This document shows positions 17,394 to 27,600 of a stretch of 64,000 nucleotides of DNA, piece by piece (positions within the stretch are counted from its first letter, which is position 1; every line of letters starts with the position of its first letter). The DNA comes from Bacteriovoracia bacterium (lineage in GTDB: Bacteria > Bdellovibrionota > UBA1018 > JBFWNL01). The notes below the pieces were generated by a model. It was given only the letters and a program-made list of their open reading frames with translations, made no database searches and was not told where the DNA came from. The stretch covers positions 160,001-224,000 of the forward strand of contig JBFWNL010000003.1 in assembly GCA_050251055.1 (NCBI GenBank), written 5' to 3'. Both the position numbers and the translations under genes were made by a program.

Positions 17394-19280
17394 TCAGCGT
17401 CGACCGGGGCCTGCGCGCAGCTCAGCTTTAGCGTCACTCTCGTCGAGTTCGAACAGATACTGCACAAGATCATTCAAATCGGCGTCATTCATCTTGTCAG
17501 GACCATGCGAACCGTTGCCATTTTTTTTAAGAAACACGTCTCGCAACGTCGCCGCCGAACCATCGTGAAAATAAGGCGGCGTCTGCCAAGCCCCTTTTAA
17601 TGTGGGCACATCGATGCCGACGAACGGCTGGCCCAGGCGTTGCCCGGTGGTCGGCTTGATCGTATCCACCATTCGCCGGGTCAGCGGCCCGCTGATGGTG
17701 AACTGCGGGCCCCCATGGCAGCTAGCGCAGTCGAACTTGCGGAAAACCTCGCGGCCGCGCTCCGCGACCGGAGATAAAGCTCCATTCGGAAGTCGGTACG
17801 GACTAGCCGGCGCCTGATCCAAAGTCGCAAAATAAGCGGCCAGCTGATCGAGCGCCTTGGACTTTCCCGCCTTAATGTCAACCGAGGGGTCCGCGTCGGC
17901 GTGAAAAGCGGCAGCCGGCATGAATCCGTGGCCACCAAAAGCCTTGCGCATGTCGTGCTCGAAATCTTGGATCTCGTTGAAATTGCCCGTCCAATGCACG
18001 GGCCCATGCCCAGTACCGCCCGGCCCGTTGAGCGAAATAGTGTTGCGCAGGCCTTCGCCGCGATCCCCAAAATCCCAAACGCGGCCATCTTGTCCGCCGT
18101 CCAGGTGGCAGGTGGCGCAGCTCATGCGGCCTTGCGCACTCATGCGGACATCGGCGGCGTTATGGAAAATCTTTTTCCCCGCGAGCACCGCCGCCGGCAA
18201 GGTCTCGCGCGTGATTAGCGACACCGTTTTGGTGAGCCGGATGGGTTCGCTGGCCAAGTTGTATATCGCCAGGTCGCGGGTCAGCCACTGCAACACGTAA
18301 AGCCGGGAATGCTTGGAATCGCGCGCGATCGCCAACGGGGCCCGTCCCGGTAGTTGGATGGGCGGGGAAAGCGGCGCCCCGCCCGCGATGGGGAGTCGGT
18401 CCAGCGTCTGCGTTCCCAAGGACGCGATCCACACGCGCTTACGATCGGACTCCGCCAGCGCAAACACGGGTAAATCCCGGCCGGGAAGCTCGCGCCGCTG
18501 CTCGGCGACCTCACGGCCCGTGGCGAGATCGATCTGCGCAACGAAGCCACGCGTGGTGAATTCAGAAGTGAGCGGTTGTCCGTCGCGGAATTTACCCCGG
18601 AATATGTTGTCGATTTTTCCCGTGACCCAGAGACGATCCGGGCTCTTCGTCACGGCTACCCCCAGCAAGTAGTTGGGCAAGCCCCGCATACGCTCGTGCG
18701 TGTCCGGGCCCTCACGCCGAGGCGCCAGCCTGAATACGCGAAGTAGCGCCATCTTCTCCGGATCGATCGCGTAGACTTCACCGCCCGAGTCAGGAGAAAT
18801 AAACCGAGCTACGTAAAGCACGCCCTGGGTGTCCTCGACCAATGCCCGGCCGGCCCCGGGGAGCGCAAGCCGCGCCGTCACCCGGCCTTCGCTCAAATCC
18901 ACCTTCAGCAACTCGGCCTTGGCTTCATCGCAGACCCAGATCCGATTTCCTCGCGTCACTAGGCCGAAGGGCAATCGACCATAACCCAGCTCGATTTTTC
19001 GCACGGACGGACGGCTGCTGTAGGGTTTATCGATGGTAGCCAGCGCGGACTCTCCCCGTAGGGAAATCACGAGACCTCCTCCGTTGGTCGGAGCAATCGC
19101 CCGGGGATCTCGTCCCACGGAGATTTCCGCGGCTTTCCGCAAAGTATGACGATCCACGGCGGTGATGCTACCCTGGTCGGGATTCACGGCCCAAACCGCA
19201 CGATCGTCCAGCCAAAGGGGCGAACCCTCGGCCGCCGTCGCGACGGGGCTAGCGAGCAAAAGCAGAATCCAGGCGAACAT
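17394..19280 (-). CDS. YVTN/YncE-type beta-propeller fused to di-heme cytochrome c peroxidase-like domain
   Basis: Signal peptide, propeller repeats, two heme motifs CATCH and CASCH, RNTISL, VPTLKGAWQTPPYFHDGSAATL. Confidence 0.85.
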   Translation of the reverse strand: MFAWILLLLASPVATAAEGSPLWLDDRAVWAVNPDQGSITAVDRHTLRKAAEISVGRDPRAIAPTNGGGLVISLRGESALATIDKPYSSRPSVRKIELGYGRLPFGLVTRGNRIWVCDEAKAELLKVDLSEGRVTARLALPGAGRALVEDTQGVLYVARFISPDSGGEVYAIDPEKMALLRVFRLAPRREGPDTHERMRGLPNYLLGVAVTKSPDRLWVTGKIDNIFRGKFRDGQPLTSEFTTRGFVAQIDLATGREVAEQRRELPGRDLPVFALAESDRKRVWIASLGTQTLDRLPIAGGAPLSPPIQLPGRAPLAIARDSKHSRLYVLQWLTRDLAIYNLASEPIRLTKTVSLITRETLPAAVLAGKKIFHNAADVRMSAQGRMSCATCHLDGGQDGRVWDFGDRGEGLRNTISLNGPGGTGHGPVHWTGNFNEIQDFEHDMRKAFGGHGFMPAAAFHADADPSVDIKAGKSKALDQLAAYFATLDQAPASPYRLPNGALSPVAERGREVFRKFDCASCHGGPQFTISGPLTRRMVDTIKPTTGQRLGQPFVGIDVPTLKGAWQTPPYFHDGSAATLRDVFLKKNGNGSHGPDKMNDADLNDLVQYLFELDESDAKAELRAGPGRR

Positions 19281-19285
19281 GGAAG

Positions 19286-20038
19286 TTAATCCACCACCAT
19301 CAGGGAAGTGCGGCAGTTTTCACCCCAGGTGCTCGGAAGGGAAGCGCTCCCCCCGTCGCCACCCAGCGGCTCGTGCGCCGAAGATCCCGTGTTGCCTCCG
19401 TAACAGCCGCTCTTGAATCCCGCGTGAGCGGTACCGGATTGGCGCATCAACCGCGGTATTTCCGCGCTGGAGCGGATGCCCAAGAGCGATTCGATCTGCC
19501 GGCGGAAATTCAATCCGATCTGTACCAGCGACGCGCCCTCTCCCCCGCTGATCTGAATCCCGGCATCACCCGGGGAAGGCAGGAACTGGATCTGATAGCT
19601 GCCCGTGTCCGTAAACGTGCGAGAAGGCCCGTGAACCAAAACGCTATAGGGCGACAACTCGAGCGGATTGCAGTGACGAGCGACGTCTAAATCGATGCGG
19701 GAGTAGAGTCCTTCGCGTACCACACCAGAAAAAAGATCCGTGCCCGCGTAGCCGAAGCCAATCGACCGCTGAATCGGAATTTCAATCGGGGCTCGGCTGG
19801 GTTCCGATGACGACAACCCGAGAGAATTCACGCAGAACTGAACCGGTAGGTCGGCCTCTTCGTAACTCTCCGGCAGGAAATAGCCGTCCATGCGCAGATG
19901 CGCGACCACGTCTTCCGGTGTACCAACATCGATGCCGCCGCCGCCGGCGGAAACGGTATACGGTCTCGAGCACGCGGAAACGGCGAGCGTCGCCGCGAGG
20001 CTAAGCATGCGAATAATAGGAAGCAACAGTCCCCCCAA
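19286..20038 (-). CDS. Hypothetical lipoprotein
   Basis: Lipobox-like VSAC. Ends 5 bp before the cytochrome c gene and lies downstream of a sigma70-like promoter. Start uncertain. Confidence 0.6.
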   Translation of the reverse strand: MGGLLLPIIRMLSLAATLAVSACSRPYTVSAGGGGIDVGTPEDVVAHLRMDGYFLPESYEEADLPVQFCVNSLGLSSSEPSRAPIEIPIQRSIGFGYAGTDLFSGVVREGLYSRIDLDVARHCNPLELSPYSVLVHGPSRTFTDTGSYQIQFLPSPGDAGIQISGGEGASLVQIGLNFRRQIESLLGIRSSAEIPRLMRQSGTAHAGFKSGCYGGNTGSSAHEPLGGDGGSASLPSTWGENCRTSLMVVD

Positions 20039-20069
20039 CTACGTACCTACGGACACTTGCGTACCCTCT

Positions 20070-20098
20070 ATTTTATATTGTTGATTAAATTAGTTCAA
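20070..20098 (-). promoter_or_regulatory. Sigma70-like promoter in AT-rich tract
   Basis: Minus strand TTGAAC-N17-TAAAAT. Confidence 0.6.
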
Positions 20099-20137
20099 TA
20101 TTATTTAACTCATTGAAATAACTAATAAAATTATCGA

Positions 20138-21691
20138 TTACCCCCCACACACCGTGGAGGGGTAGTTCGTGTCCGTGGCCGACAGGCATCCGGCTGGAAT
20201 CCACTCACCCTGGCTCCCACAACGGTACGTTTGGCTTGCTCCCACCGAACTCGAGCAGGTGTCGTCGTCCGCCGGCGAAAAAGCGACGAAGTCTTCCCGG
20301 CAGCGGGAGTTCTCGGAGTAAATTTGAAAACCCCACGTACAAGGTACCGGCTCGGCGGGTTTCCACGATTTCCGGCAGTCGTCACCAATGCAGATCTGAT
20401 CACATTCGCCCGCTTGGGTGCAGCTGGCTTCCGGCCGCCGACAGATCGGCGCAGGTGCCGCCGCGGTGAAGTCAAATCCATAGAGTGCTTCGTTCGCCCC
20501 CGTGCAAGCGAACGCCTGCGCCGCGAACGGATTGATGCCTGCCGGGTTGGCCACCGTGGAAGCCAGCGTCAAGTTCGTCGCCGAAGGCGTGATCGTCACC
20601 CCTAGGGTCCCTTGCAGATTTCGAAACCGATTCTGCTCGGGACTAAGTTGGCTTAAGCCGCCATAAATCGGATAAGCGTTCGGCACCGTACGTCCCTCCT
20701 CGACCTCGCGAAACGGCTCCAAGCTCCAACCCACCTGATCGCCGCAGATTGCGCCTTGGGGTCCGAAGCCCAGGAGCATTCGACGCGAGAAGGAGCGGTT
20801 GACCACGCCGACCGGACCGGGGATAAATCCCGCGGAGGCGCACCCCGACGCCTGCTCGGGACCCAAGAACTTCACCGACTCGAGCCAGCTTTGGCCGATA
20901 TCGAAAAAACGAGTCTGATAGAAAGTACCGGCGCCGAATGAAAGCGTATCGATCGAAGAGTCCGGCTGTACGTTCAAAAACGCATGGCCGCTGAGCATTT
21001 CCGAGCCGACCGCGAGTGAGTTTAAGGGGGGTGGGCTAAACGCGGATCCGGGCGATCGCGTCACTTGGAATTGGGAAAACTCACAAGTTTGTTTGCTCAC
21101 CACGTAAATCCCTCCGACGGCCGTGCAAAAGCTATCGTAGTTAGAAAGGCTCGGCCGGGTTTCCACCACGCATTCGGACAAACGGTAACGATCGGGCCCG
21201 GTCGCCACGGTTCGCACCGAGAACGGCACGCGCGCAACGAGCGGAAGCTTGCCTAAAGGACCACCCCCTTGCCTTTCGGCGGTGAGCTCCACCACGAGAT
21301 TCAGTTGCGGTGTCGGGCCCGCAAACGACACGCTGGTGGCGCGAAAACGCCAGTCCGTGAGCGTATAAGCGCGATTGCTCGATAACCCGCGCGGAAAAAC
21401 GAGATCAGTGTCGAAACGAAGCTCGTTTGGGCTAAACGGGATTTCAAAGGGCTGGAAAGATGCTTCCGTCGTGAGCTGAACCGTCCGCTCCAGGGCTGGC
21501 CAGGACGCCATCAGCGTAGCGCAGGTCTCACGCTTACCTAGGAGGTGACTCATCTCCCGCACGTCGGAGGCCCAGGTTTGTTGAACGTGGCTGCTTTGCA
21601 ATGCCAAGCGCTGGGACTTGCTCGTGCTCGCCAAACCCAGGGCGCCAATCACGAGGATGGACAATGCAATCAAGTAGGCTTCCAATCTCAT
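20138..21691 (-). CDS. Pilin-like protein with Cys-rich fibre-like C-terminal region (paralog 3)
   Basis: N-terminal hydrophobic helix. Shared motifs CTAVGG, LLGFGPQGAIC, FRNLQGTLGVTIT, CDQICIGDDCRKSW. GGGGAG RBS. Confidence 0.7.
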   Translation of the reverse strand: MRLEAYLIALSILVIGALGLASTSKSQRLALQSSHVQQTWASDVREMSHLLGKRETCATLMASWPALERTVQLTTEASFQPFEIPFSPNELRFDTDLVFPRGLSSNRAYTLTDWRFRATSVSFAGPTPQLNLVVELTAERQGGGPLGKLPLVARVPFSVRTVATGPDRYRLSECVVETRPSLSNYDSFCTAVGGIYVVSKQTCEFSQFQVTRSPGSAFSPPPLNSLAVGSEMLSGHAFLNVQPDSSIDTLSFGAGTFYQTRFFDIGQSWLESVKFLGPEQASGCASAGFIPGPVGVVNRSFSRRMLLGFGPQGAICGDQVGWSLEPFREVEEGRTVPNAYPIYGGLSQLSPEQNRFRNLQGTLGVTITPSATNLTLASTVANPAGINPFAAQAFACTGANEALYGFDFTAAAPAPICRRPEASCTQAGECDQICIGDDCRKSWKPAEPVPCTWGFQIYSENSRCREDFVAFSPADDDTCSSSVGASQTYRCGSQGEWIPAGCLSATDTNYPSTVCGG

Positions 21692-21703
21692 ACGGTCGCT
21701 CCC

Positions 21704-23203
21704 CTAGGTATGGTCATCCCGACAAACCGGGACCCCTTCGCAGGGGCCCGTTTCGGCCGATGGCGCGCTCCAGGTTCCGTCGGGACGGCACGCGTGGAAC
21801 CGCGCCAAGCCGTTCGGCGGCTGGGTCGTAAAATCACACTGTGCCAGTCGGCAACGCGCGCCCGGGGAGTAGGCCAATCCCCCATCGCGGCAAACCGCGT
21901 CGGCGCCGGGCCGGACATTCCAGTCCCGACGACAATCCCCACCCAAACACACCTGCGCGCAGCTGCCGGGCCGGTCGCACTTCAGATCTCCCACCGTGCC
22001 CGTAGAAACGCAGATCGGCGTACGGTTTCCGTGAAAACCGACGAGCGTCTCGCCTGCTCCGCAGCTCACTTGCGTCGGCGGATTCACCTGGGAGAGGCGT
22101 AAGTTCGTCACCCCACCCGAAGCGTTTACCGAAACCCGGATCGGCGCGGCGCCCTCGAGCGCGCGCAGTAGAATCTGCGAGCTAGCGGGATCCTTGCCCG
22201 CGACCAGACTGGCCGTGCCGCCGAGGCTAACGGCGTTTTGCAGGGTGCGCGCGCCGCCGTTTTGATCCGGCTCGCAGATTAATCCTTGGGCGCCAATCCC
22301 GCGTAAGAGCTGGCCCGCCGGACAGCGTAGGTCCGCGGACGCGCTGACGGCGGGCACGCCGGCATCGCTCTTCAAGGAAACACTACCGCCATCATAGCGC
22401 GCCGTGACCCCAACTCCTTGATTCTGCGCCAACAAACGAACGTTTCGGGTTTCACTCCCCACGCTCAGTTGGTGATAGTTTTCTCCCGGCGAAAGCGCGC
22501 GCCGGAAAGAGGCGGTAGAAGTGACGCGCATTTCCGGAAACACGCATTTTTCCCGGGCAGGAGCCGTCGTGGTATCGACCAACCATTTGCCTCCCATCAA
22601 CCGGCATGCCTCCAGCGGCGACCGCGCCGCGCCTCGCATGTCGATGCATTCGTTGGCCCGGACGTTCGCGCCGGCAGGAATCGTCGAAACCCGCAGCGGC
22701 AAGGAGTAAAGCACGGAAGCCGCGCCGATCCGCTGCCCGCTCTTGGTCGCGGTCAATAAGACCGAAAGATCGTATTGGTTCGCGGGCAAGGGTTGAGCCG
22801 GATCCGCGGGCAACCCCACGGCGAAAAGCCCGTTGATCTTCAAATCGGTGCCGGGCACATCCCACGCGGCCGCGTTGGGTAGGCAAGGACCGCGGGCGAG
22901 AACCTGCTCCGATCCCGTGCCGATGTCGATTTTTTCCACGCATTGCCGCAGCGTCTGCGGCTGGGTGGGAGAAAAAACCACCGCCACGTTCTGCAGGAAA
23001 CGCGTGCACTGTTCCTTCGTATGCAGGACATTCTGAACTTGCGCGGTGAAGTCGGCCCACTGCGAACTCATCGCCACGTTGCGAACGGAGCGCTGCGTGG
23101 TGGCCCCCAGCTGCATCCACGCCAGCAGCAGCGTAGCAAGCACGGCATTCACCAAAACCGCGCCGATGATCGAAAAACCTCCGATGGATTTCCCCCGTCC
23201 CAT
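21704..23203 (-). CDS. Prepilin-type protein with Cys-rich fibre-like C-terminal region (paralog 2)
   Basis: Class III-like signal MGRGKSIGG|FSIIGAVLV. Motifs CRLMGG, CPAGQLLRGIGAQGLIC, LRALEGAAPIRVS, CAQVCLGGDCRRDW. Start at ATG 23203 with GAGGGGG RBS. Confidence 0.75.
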   Translation of the reverse strand: MGRGKSIGGFSIIGAVLVNAVLATLLLAWMQLGATTQRSVRNVAMSSQWADFTAQVQNVLHTKEQCTRFLQNVAVVFSPTQPQTLRQCVEKIDIGTGSEQVLARGPCLPNAAAWDVPGTDLKINGLFAVGLPADPAQPLPANQYDLSVLLTATKSGQRIGAASVLYSLPLRVSTIPAGANVRANECIDMRGAARSPLEACRLMGGKWLVDTTTAPAREKCVFPEMRVTSTASFRRALSPGENYHQLSVGSETRNVRLLAQNQGVGVTARYDGGSVSLKSDAGVPAVSASADLRCPAGQLLRGIGAQGLICEPDQNGGARTLQNAVSLGGTASLVAGKDPASSQILLRALEGAAPIRVSVNASGGVTNLRLSQVNPPTQVSCGAGETLVGFHGNRTPICVSTGTVGDLKCDRPGSCAQVCLGGDCRRDWNVRPGADAVCRDGGLAYSPGARCRLAQCDFTTQPPNGLARFHACRPDGTWSAPSAETGPCEGVPVCRDDHT

Positions 23204-23216
23204 CTCGTCCCCCTCT

Positions 23217-24668
23217 TCAACTTCCGCAAAGCGGCACCGTGGCGCGACCACAGCTGCGGCTCCACTGCCCGTTCGCTTCACACTGGTAGATCATCGCGTG
23301 CCCCACCCGTCGGCCTTGGCTGTGGCAGCTCGATCCGTACACTCCACTAGCGTCGTATTGCGGACGCGTTTCGCGGCAGCGCGCGCCCGCCGTATAGGAT
23401 TGACCCCGAAAAAAACAGGTGCGGGCCGTAGGAGCCGGGAACGACGCCCGGCAATCGCCGCCGATGCAGAGCTGGTTACATGCACCACCAGCCGTACAAG
23501 TCCGATCTAGGATTCCGCCCGCCGCCGCATTCCAATTCGGCGTCACGCAGTTCACCACGCCGCCCGCCTGCACGCCCCGGGCGACTTGACCCGCTGGACA
23601 AGGGCTCACTTCCCGGAAGCCTCCGACCGTCCCAACGACCACGCGCTCCGCATACTGGGTGACGGTAATGCCCGCGCCCGCCGTCAGTCCCTTGAATTGG
23701 AATACTCCGTTCGCGCCCGGAGTGACGTTCGCCAGCAAGGCATCCCCACTCCCTTCGCCGGATCCCGTGTAAATCGAAGGCGCCGCCGGGGACTCGGCGT
23801 CAGACGCGCATACCGCGCCCGTGGCATCGAACCCCACGAGCTTATTCCCCGCCGGGCAAGCCAGCGGAGGATCCACCCGCAATGCGCGCGTGGGCGCCGC
23901 CGACAGGGCGCTAGCGTCCACCGTCCATCGGCCAGGAAAGCCTTGCACGGTCGAAACCTCCACGATGCCCGTATCTCCCCGCGCCGAAACGTAGGCGCCT
24001 CCACGGGTGCCGACGAAAAGACTGCCCGGGGCACGGAGCGCGGGATCATTCAAAGTGGCGGGATCCGTGGAAACCACCAGTGAGCTCAGGGCACAATCCA
24101 CGCTACCGTCGCCATCGGAATCGGCGGGATCAAGCGCGCGACCGCCGGCCAGTCGGCAGATCTCCACATCGGAAAACTGGGCGTCGCGCGGCACGTCGCC
24201 CGCGCAGCGGCGCATGAGATACTCATCGCCTTGAACCTGTTCAACCGCCACGGTCAAGGGGAACTCCGTGCGATAAACGCGGGCGCCTGCCGTCGCGGGT
24301 CGGCGCGCCGCCACGTTCACCGCGAAGTGAAAAAAACCGGAGTCCCCACCGGATCGACCGCGTAACTCCAGCGCGTCGTAAACCACCCCCCCGGCTGTCC
24401 ACGTCGGAGGAACCGGAACGGAGATACGAACCGCCTCCAAGCTTCCGCCTACGCCCACGTTGAAAGTGCGGGTGGGCAAGGTTTCGAGGAAGGCCGTGCA
24501 GCGGGCCGGATCCAAGAGCTCCAGCTTGAGCTCCTGGATCCGGCGTTGCAGATGATGCCCGCCGTCCAAATCTCTGCCCTGGCGGTGACCCTCGGTCAAC
24601 ACGCTGGCTCCGGCGAAACTCACCGCCGCTACCATCGCTAGTCCGACCAAGAGTTCCCCCAGAGTCAC
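23217..24668 (-). CDS. Pilin-like protein with Cys-rich fibre-like C-terminal region (paralog 1)
   Basis: MTLGELLVGLAMVA (E5 present). Motifs CRLAGG, CPAGNKLVGFDATGAVC, FKGLTAGAGITVT, CNQLCIGGDCRASF. Confidence 0.75.
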   Translation of the reverse strand: MTLGELLVGLAMVAAVSFAGASVLTEGHRQGRDLDGGHHLQRRIQELKLELLDPARCTAFLETLPTRTFNVGVGGSLEAVRISVPVPPTWTAGGVVYDALELRGRSGGDSGFFHFAVNVAARRPATAGARVYRTEFPLTVAVEQVQGDEYLMRRCAGDVPRDAQFSDVEICRLAGGRALDPADSDGDGSVDCALSSLVVSTDPATLNDPALRAPGSLFVGTRGGAYVSARGDTGIVEVSTVQGFPGRWTVDASALSAAPTRALRVDPPLACPAGNKLVGFDATGAVCASDAESPAAPSIYTGSGEGSGDALLANVTPGANGVFQFKGLTAGAGITVTQYAERVVVGTVGGFREVSPCPAGQVARGVQAGGVVNCVTPNWNAAAGGILDRTCTAGGACNQLCIGGDCRASFPAPTARTCFFRGQSYTAGARCRETRPQYDASGVYGSSCHSQGRRVGHAMIYQCEANGQWSRSCGRATVPLCGS

Positions 24669-24681
24669 GTCACGTCTCCCT

Positions 24682-27600
24682 TCAGTTGTTCGTTAGGCCA
24701 AAACGGCGGTTCGGGGCGCCGATCATCATGTCTACTTCCTCGTCCATCGACAAGATCACGGTCTGAGTCTGTCCCGGATCACCGATGCGGATGAAGTAAC
24801 GACCTTCCCGCAACGACTGGCCGTTAGCCGACATCACTCGCGCCGATACTTCGTACAAACCCGGCTCCGTCCAGAGGAAGTAATAGTTCCCCGGAGTCGA
24901 TCCCGGCGTCACAACGCCGTCATCCCGGTGATAAGCGACCGTCGTGTTCGCCCCACCCCAGACGAAACAGTTCGCGCCGCCGAACTGGGAGGCGCATCCT
25001 CCCTGACTCGGACCGTAGACCACGCCGGGATAGGCGAAGCCGGGGTTATGCGGATCGAAGGGCTGGAACTGGCTTTGTCCCGGCGCTTTGTACGCGAGCT
25101 CGATACGTTCCGGACGGCATCCCGTCGGCACGGTCGCAAAGACTTCCGGGAAAACCTGCTCCGGATACGCCACGCCGCTGAGGTAGGAGTCGCCGACGTA
25201 CCGGCCGCCAAACCACTGACCTCCGCTCGACTGAATCGGCGCCGTAGGCGTCAGACCTTCGATGGTGATGGAATGGATGCGGCTGATCTGGCCGGTGAAC
25301 TGCGCCCAGCTGATCGTACGCACGTAAGGCGATCCGTCCGGGAAGTCGGGCGTGATCGGACCAATGGGGTCGAACGAGTGGATCCAGGGCCAATTGGCCG
25401 GACATGCCGCCGTCACCGCCTCCACCGTGAGGTTTGCCGTGCGGGTACCAACAACCGGCGTACCCGCGCTCGGATTCGATTGACTGCGGAACTCGAGCGC
25501 ATACGTACCCGGCGAAACATTGGGCACGTGCACGGGCAACGTCGGCTGGTTCCCATTGATGCTCAGGGCGAAACTCCACGCAAGGGGCGCTTGCGCATTC
25601 GGGACCGACGCACTGTAGACCACGCCCCGGCCCGGCCAGGACATCTGCACCGCGTACGGGAAACATGCGGCCGGAGGCGTCGATGCGAACTGTCCGGTCG
25701 CGCTGACCTGGGTTACCGCCTGCGCTCCCGATTCCGGGATCGTGGGCGGCGTGAACGTGAACGAGTTGAAGTTCAAACGCGGGCAGCTCGCCGCAGCGAT
25801 TCGCACGGTCGCCGTCGAGCTGTCACGCGACTGCGCTCCCAGCGTCACGCGGGCGTAATACCCGTGATCTCCGTAAGCAAGATCGCTATCGGCGGCGACG
25901 GCCGTGGATAGGGCCGTCGGTGGCGGCGTGGGCAAGTTGGGGCTATGGGTGAGATAGCTCGCCACGGTCACCGCCGAACCCCGAGGGGCCGCGGCTTCCC
26001 AATTCACGCCCGTGTATTGGCCATTGCTTACGCGACGAAGCACGCGGTCGCCGCCCGCGGCCGAACGCCGGATCTGCACCCGGTAGTCGCAGCTCGCCGG
26101 CAGGCTCTGATACTGAGCATTTACCGTTCCTTGAATCGTGAACTGCGCCGCACCTGCCTCGATGATCGCGGTCGGAGAGGCCGGGTTCACGGCGAGCGTC
26201 AGCTGGCTATAGAGCTCTTGCGGAGCCGGACAAGCGCGCACTTGTACCACGGCGGTGGTTTCTCGCCCCACATACTGGGCGAACTCCGGCGTCAGCGCCG
26301 GCCACGGCCCCAGGGCGGAGTACGGAGTCCAGCGTACACGCAGCTGGTAGTCACCCGCAGGAGCCGGGCCCGACGGATTGGCCGCCGGGAACGCTAGCGC
26401 CGCCCACACCGCGCTCACCGAGAGACTCTGGCCGGCTTCGCCGGGATTGATCACGCGGTCCACCGCGAAACTGTCGGAAAACTGCGGGCCCGGCGTGTAG
26501 CTTCCGAGCGACCCCTGTACCCCGGACGCCACGTCGTATTGAAAACGGTTCTGACCGCATCCCCAAGGGATCTCCGCCGACGAGGGTGCCGCCACCGAAA
26601 AGCTAGCCTGCGCGACCGAGCTAGCGCCTCCCCAGACCTGATTCGGCTGCGGGCTCAAGGCCAAATTCTCGGGTTGGCACTCGGGGAAGATTCGCAGGTA
26701 AAAGCGCACCGAACCCCGCTCGATCGCATTCAGCGATTGAAACTCCAGCAGCTGTCGCTTCACGATCGTGCCCGACTGGTTCAGGATGTCCGCGCCGTCG
26801 GTGATACGATCATAGATGCGGCGAGAAACCCGCCAGACTCGCGGTCCCATGTCCTGCTCGCCGGTGCCGGTCCAACCCCAGCCCTGACGTTGGGGGCTCG
26901 TCGGCAGCACGTTGACATAGAGCTCGCCGGTTGAAGGAATATTCGGGTGCTGGGTAACGCCGTAGTTCGACGGGCTAGGCTTACAGGTGATTTCCCACTT
27001 GGGCGGATTGGATCCGGCGATAATCCCAAAGGTCGGATTGTAGCGCTCACCCTCCCGAGGGCACTCACAAAGCGCGGGGTTCGACGGCGAATCGCAACGG
27101 TAGCGTACCGCCGTGGGCTCGAACACGAAGCTGCCACGGACGCTGCCACCACCCACGCTCTCGATATCTTGGGCAGGATTTTCCATCGCACCCCAAGCCA
27201 TACGTCCGCGGTTCCACTCGCTCGACGCCTGGGCGTCAAGCACGTATCCATTGCCGCCCGCGCAGTTCCCGTTCGCGTCGAGCTGACAGGCGCGCAGAAT
27301 GTTCGCGCAGGTGTGGTCGGACTGAAAGGAGCTACAAGCCGCCAGCTGCAGGGCGAACAGGCGCACGCCCTCGCCCACTTTAACGTCCAACACACGATTA
27401 GGATTCACGTCGTCACCACAGGCCGGAACGTCGGTGCGATCAGGCTGGATGAACTGCTCGAACCAGGGCCCCGTCAAGCCGTGCTGTAAATGCGACCAGA
27501 TCTGCTGCTCACGTTGGGCATCGAGATATTTACGATCGATCGGATCTTGGGAGTTTTGGCAAACAATAGCCGTACGCACGGGCGCGCCGCCCGTGGCCGC

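Noticed and set aside
20138-24668. Shufflon or diversity-generating retroelement acting on the pilin C-termini
   Set aside because: Each paralog is a complete gene, their DNA is diverged, and I saw no repeated sfx-like sites, recombinase, reverse transcriptase or template repeat in the window.
24682-24745. C-terminus MMIGAPNRRFGLT resembling a prepilin leader that could frameshift into paralog 1
   Set aside because: Joining the frames would give RRD|VTLGE, not a Gly cleavage site. Paralog 1 also has its own RBS (AAGGGAG).
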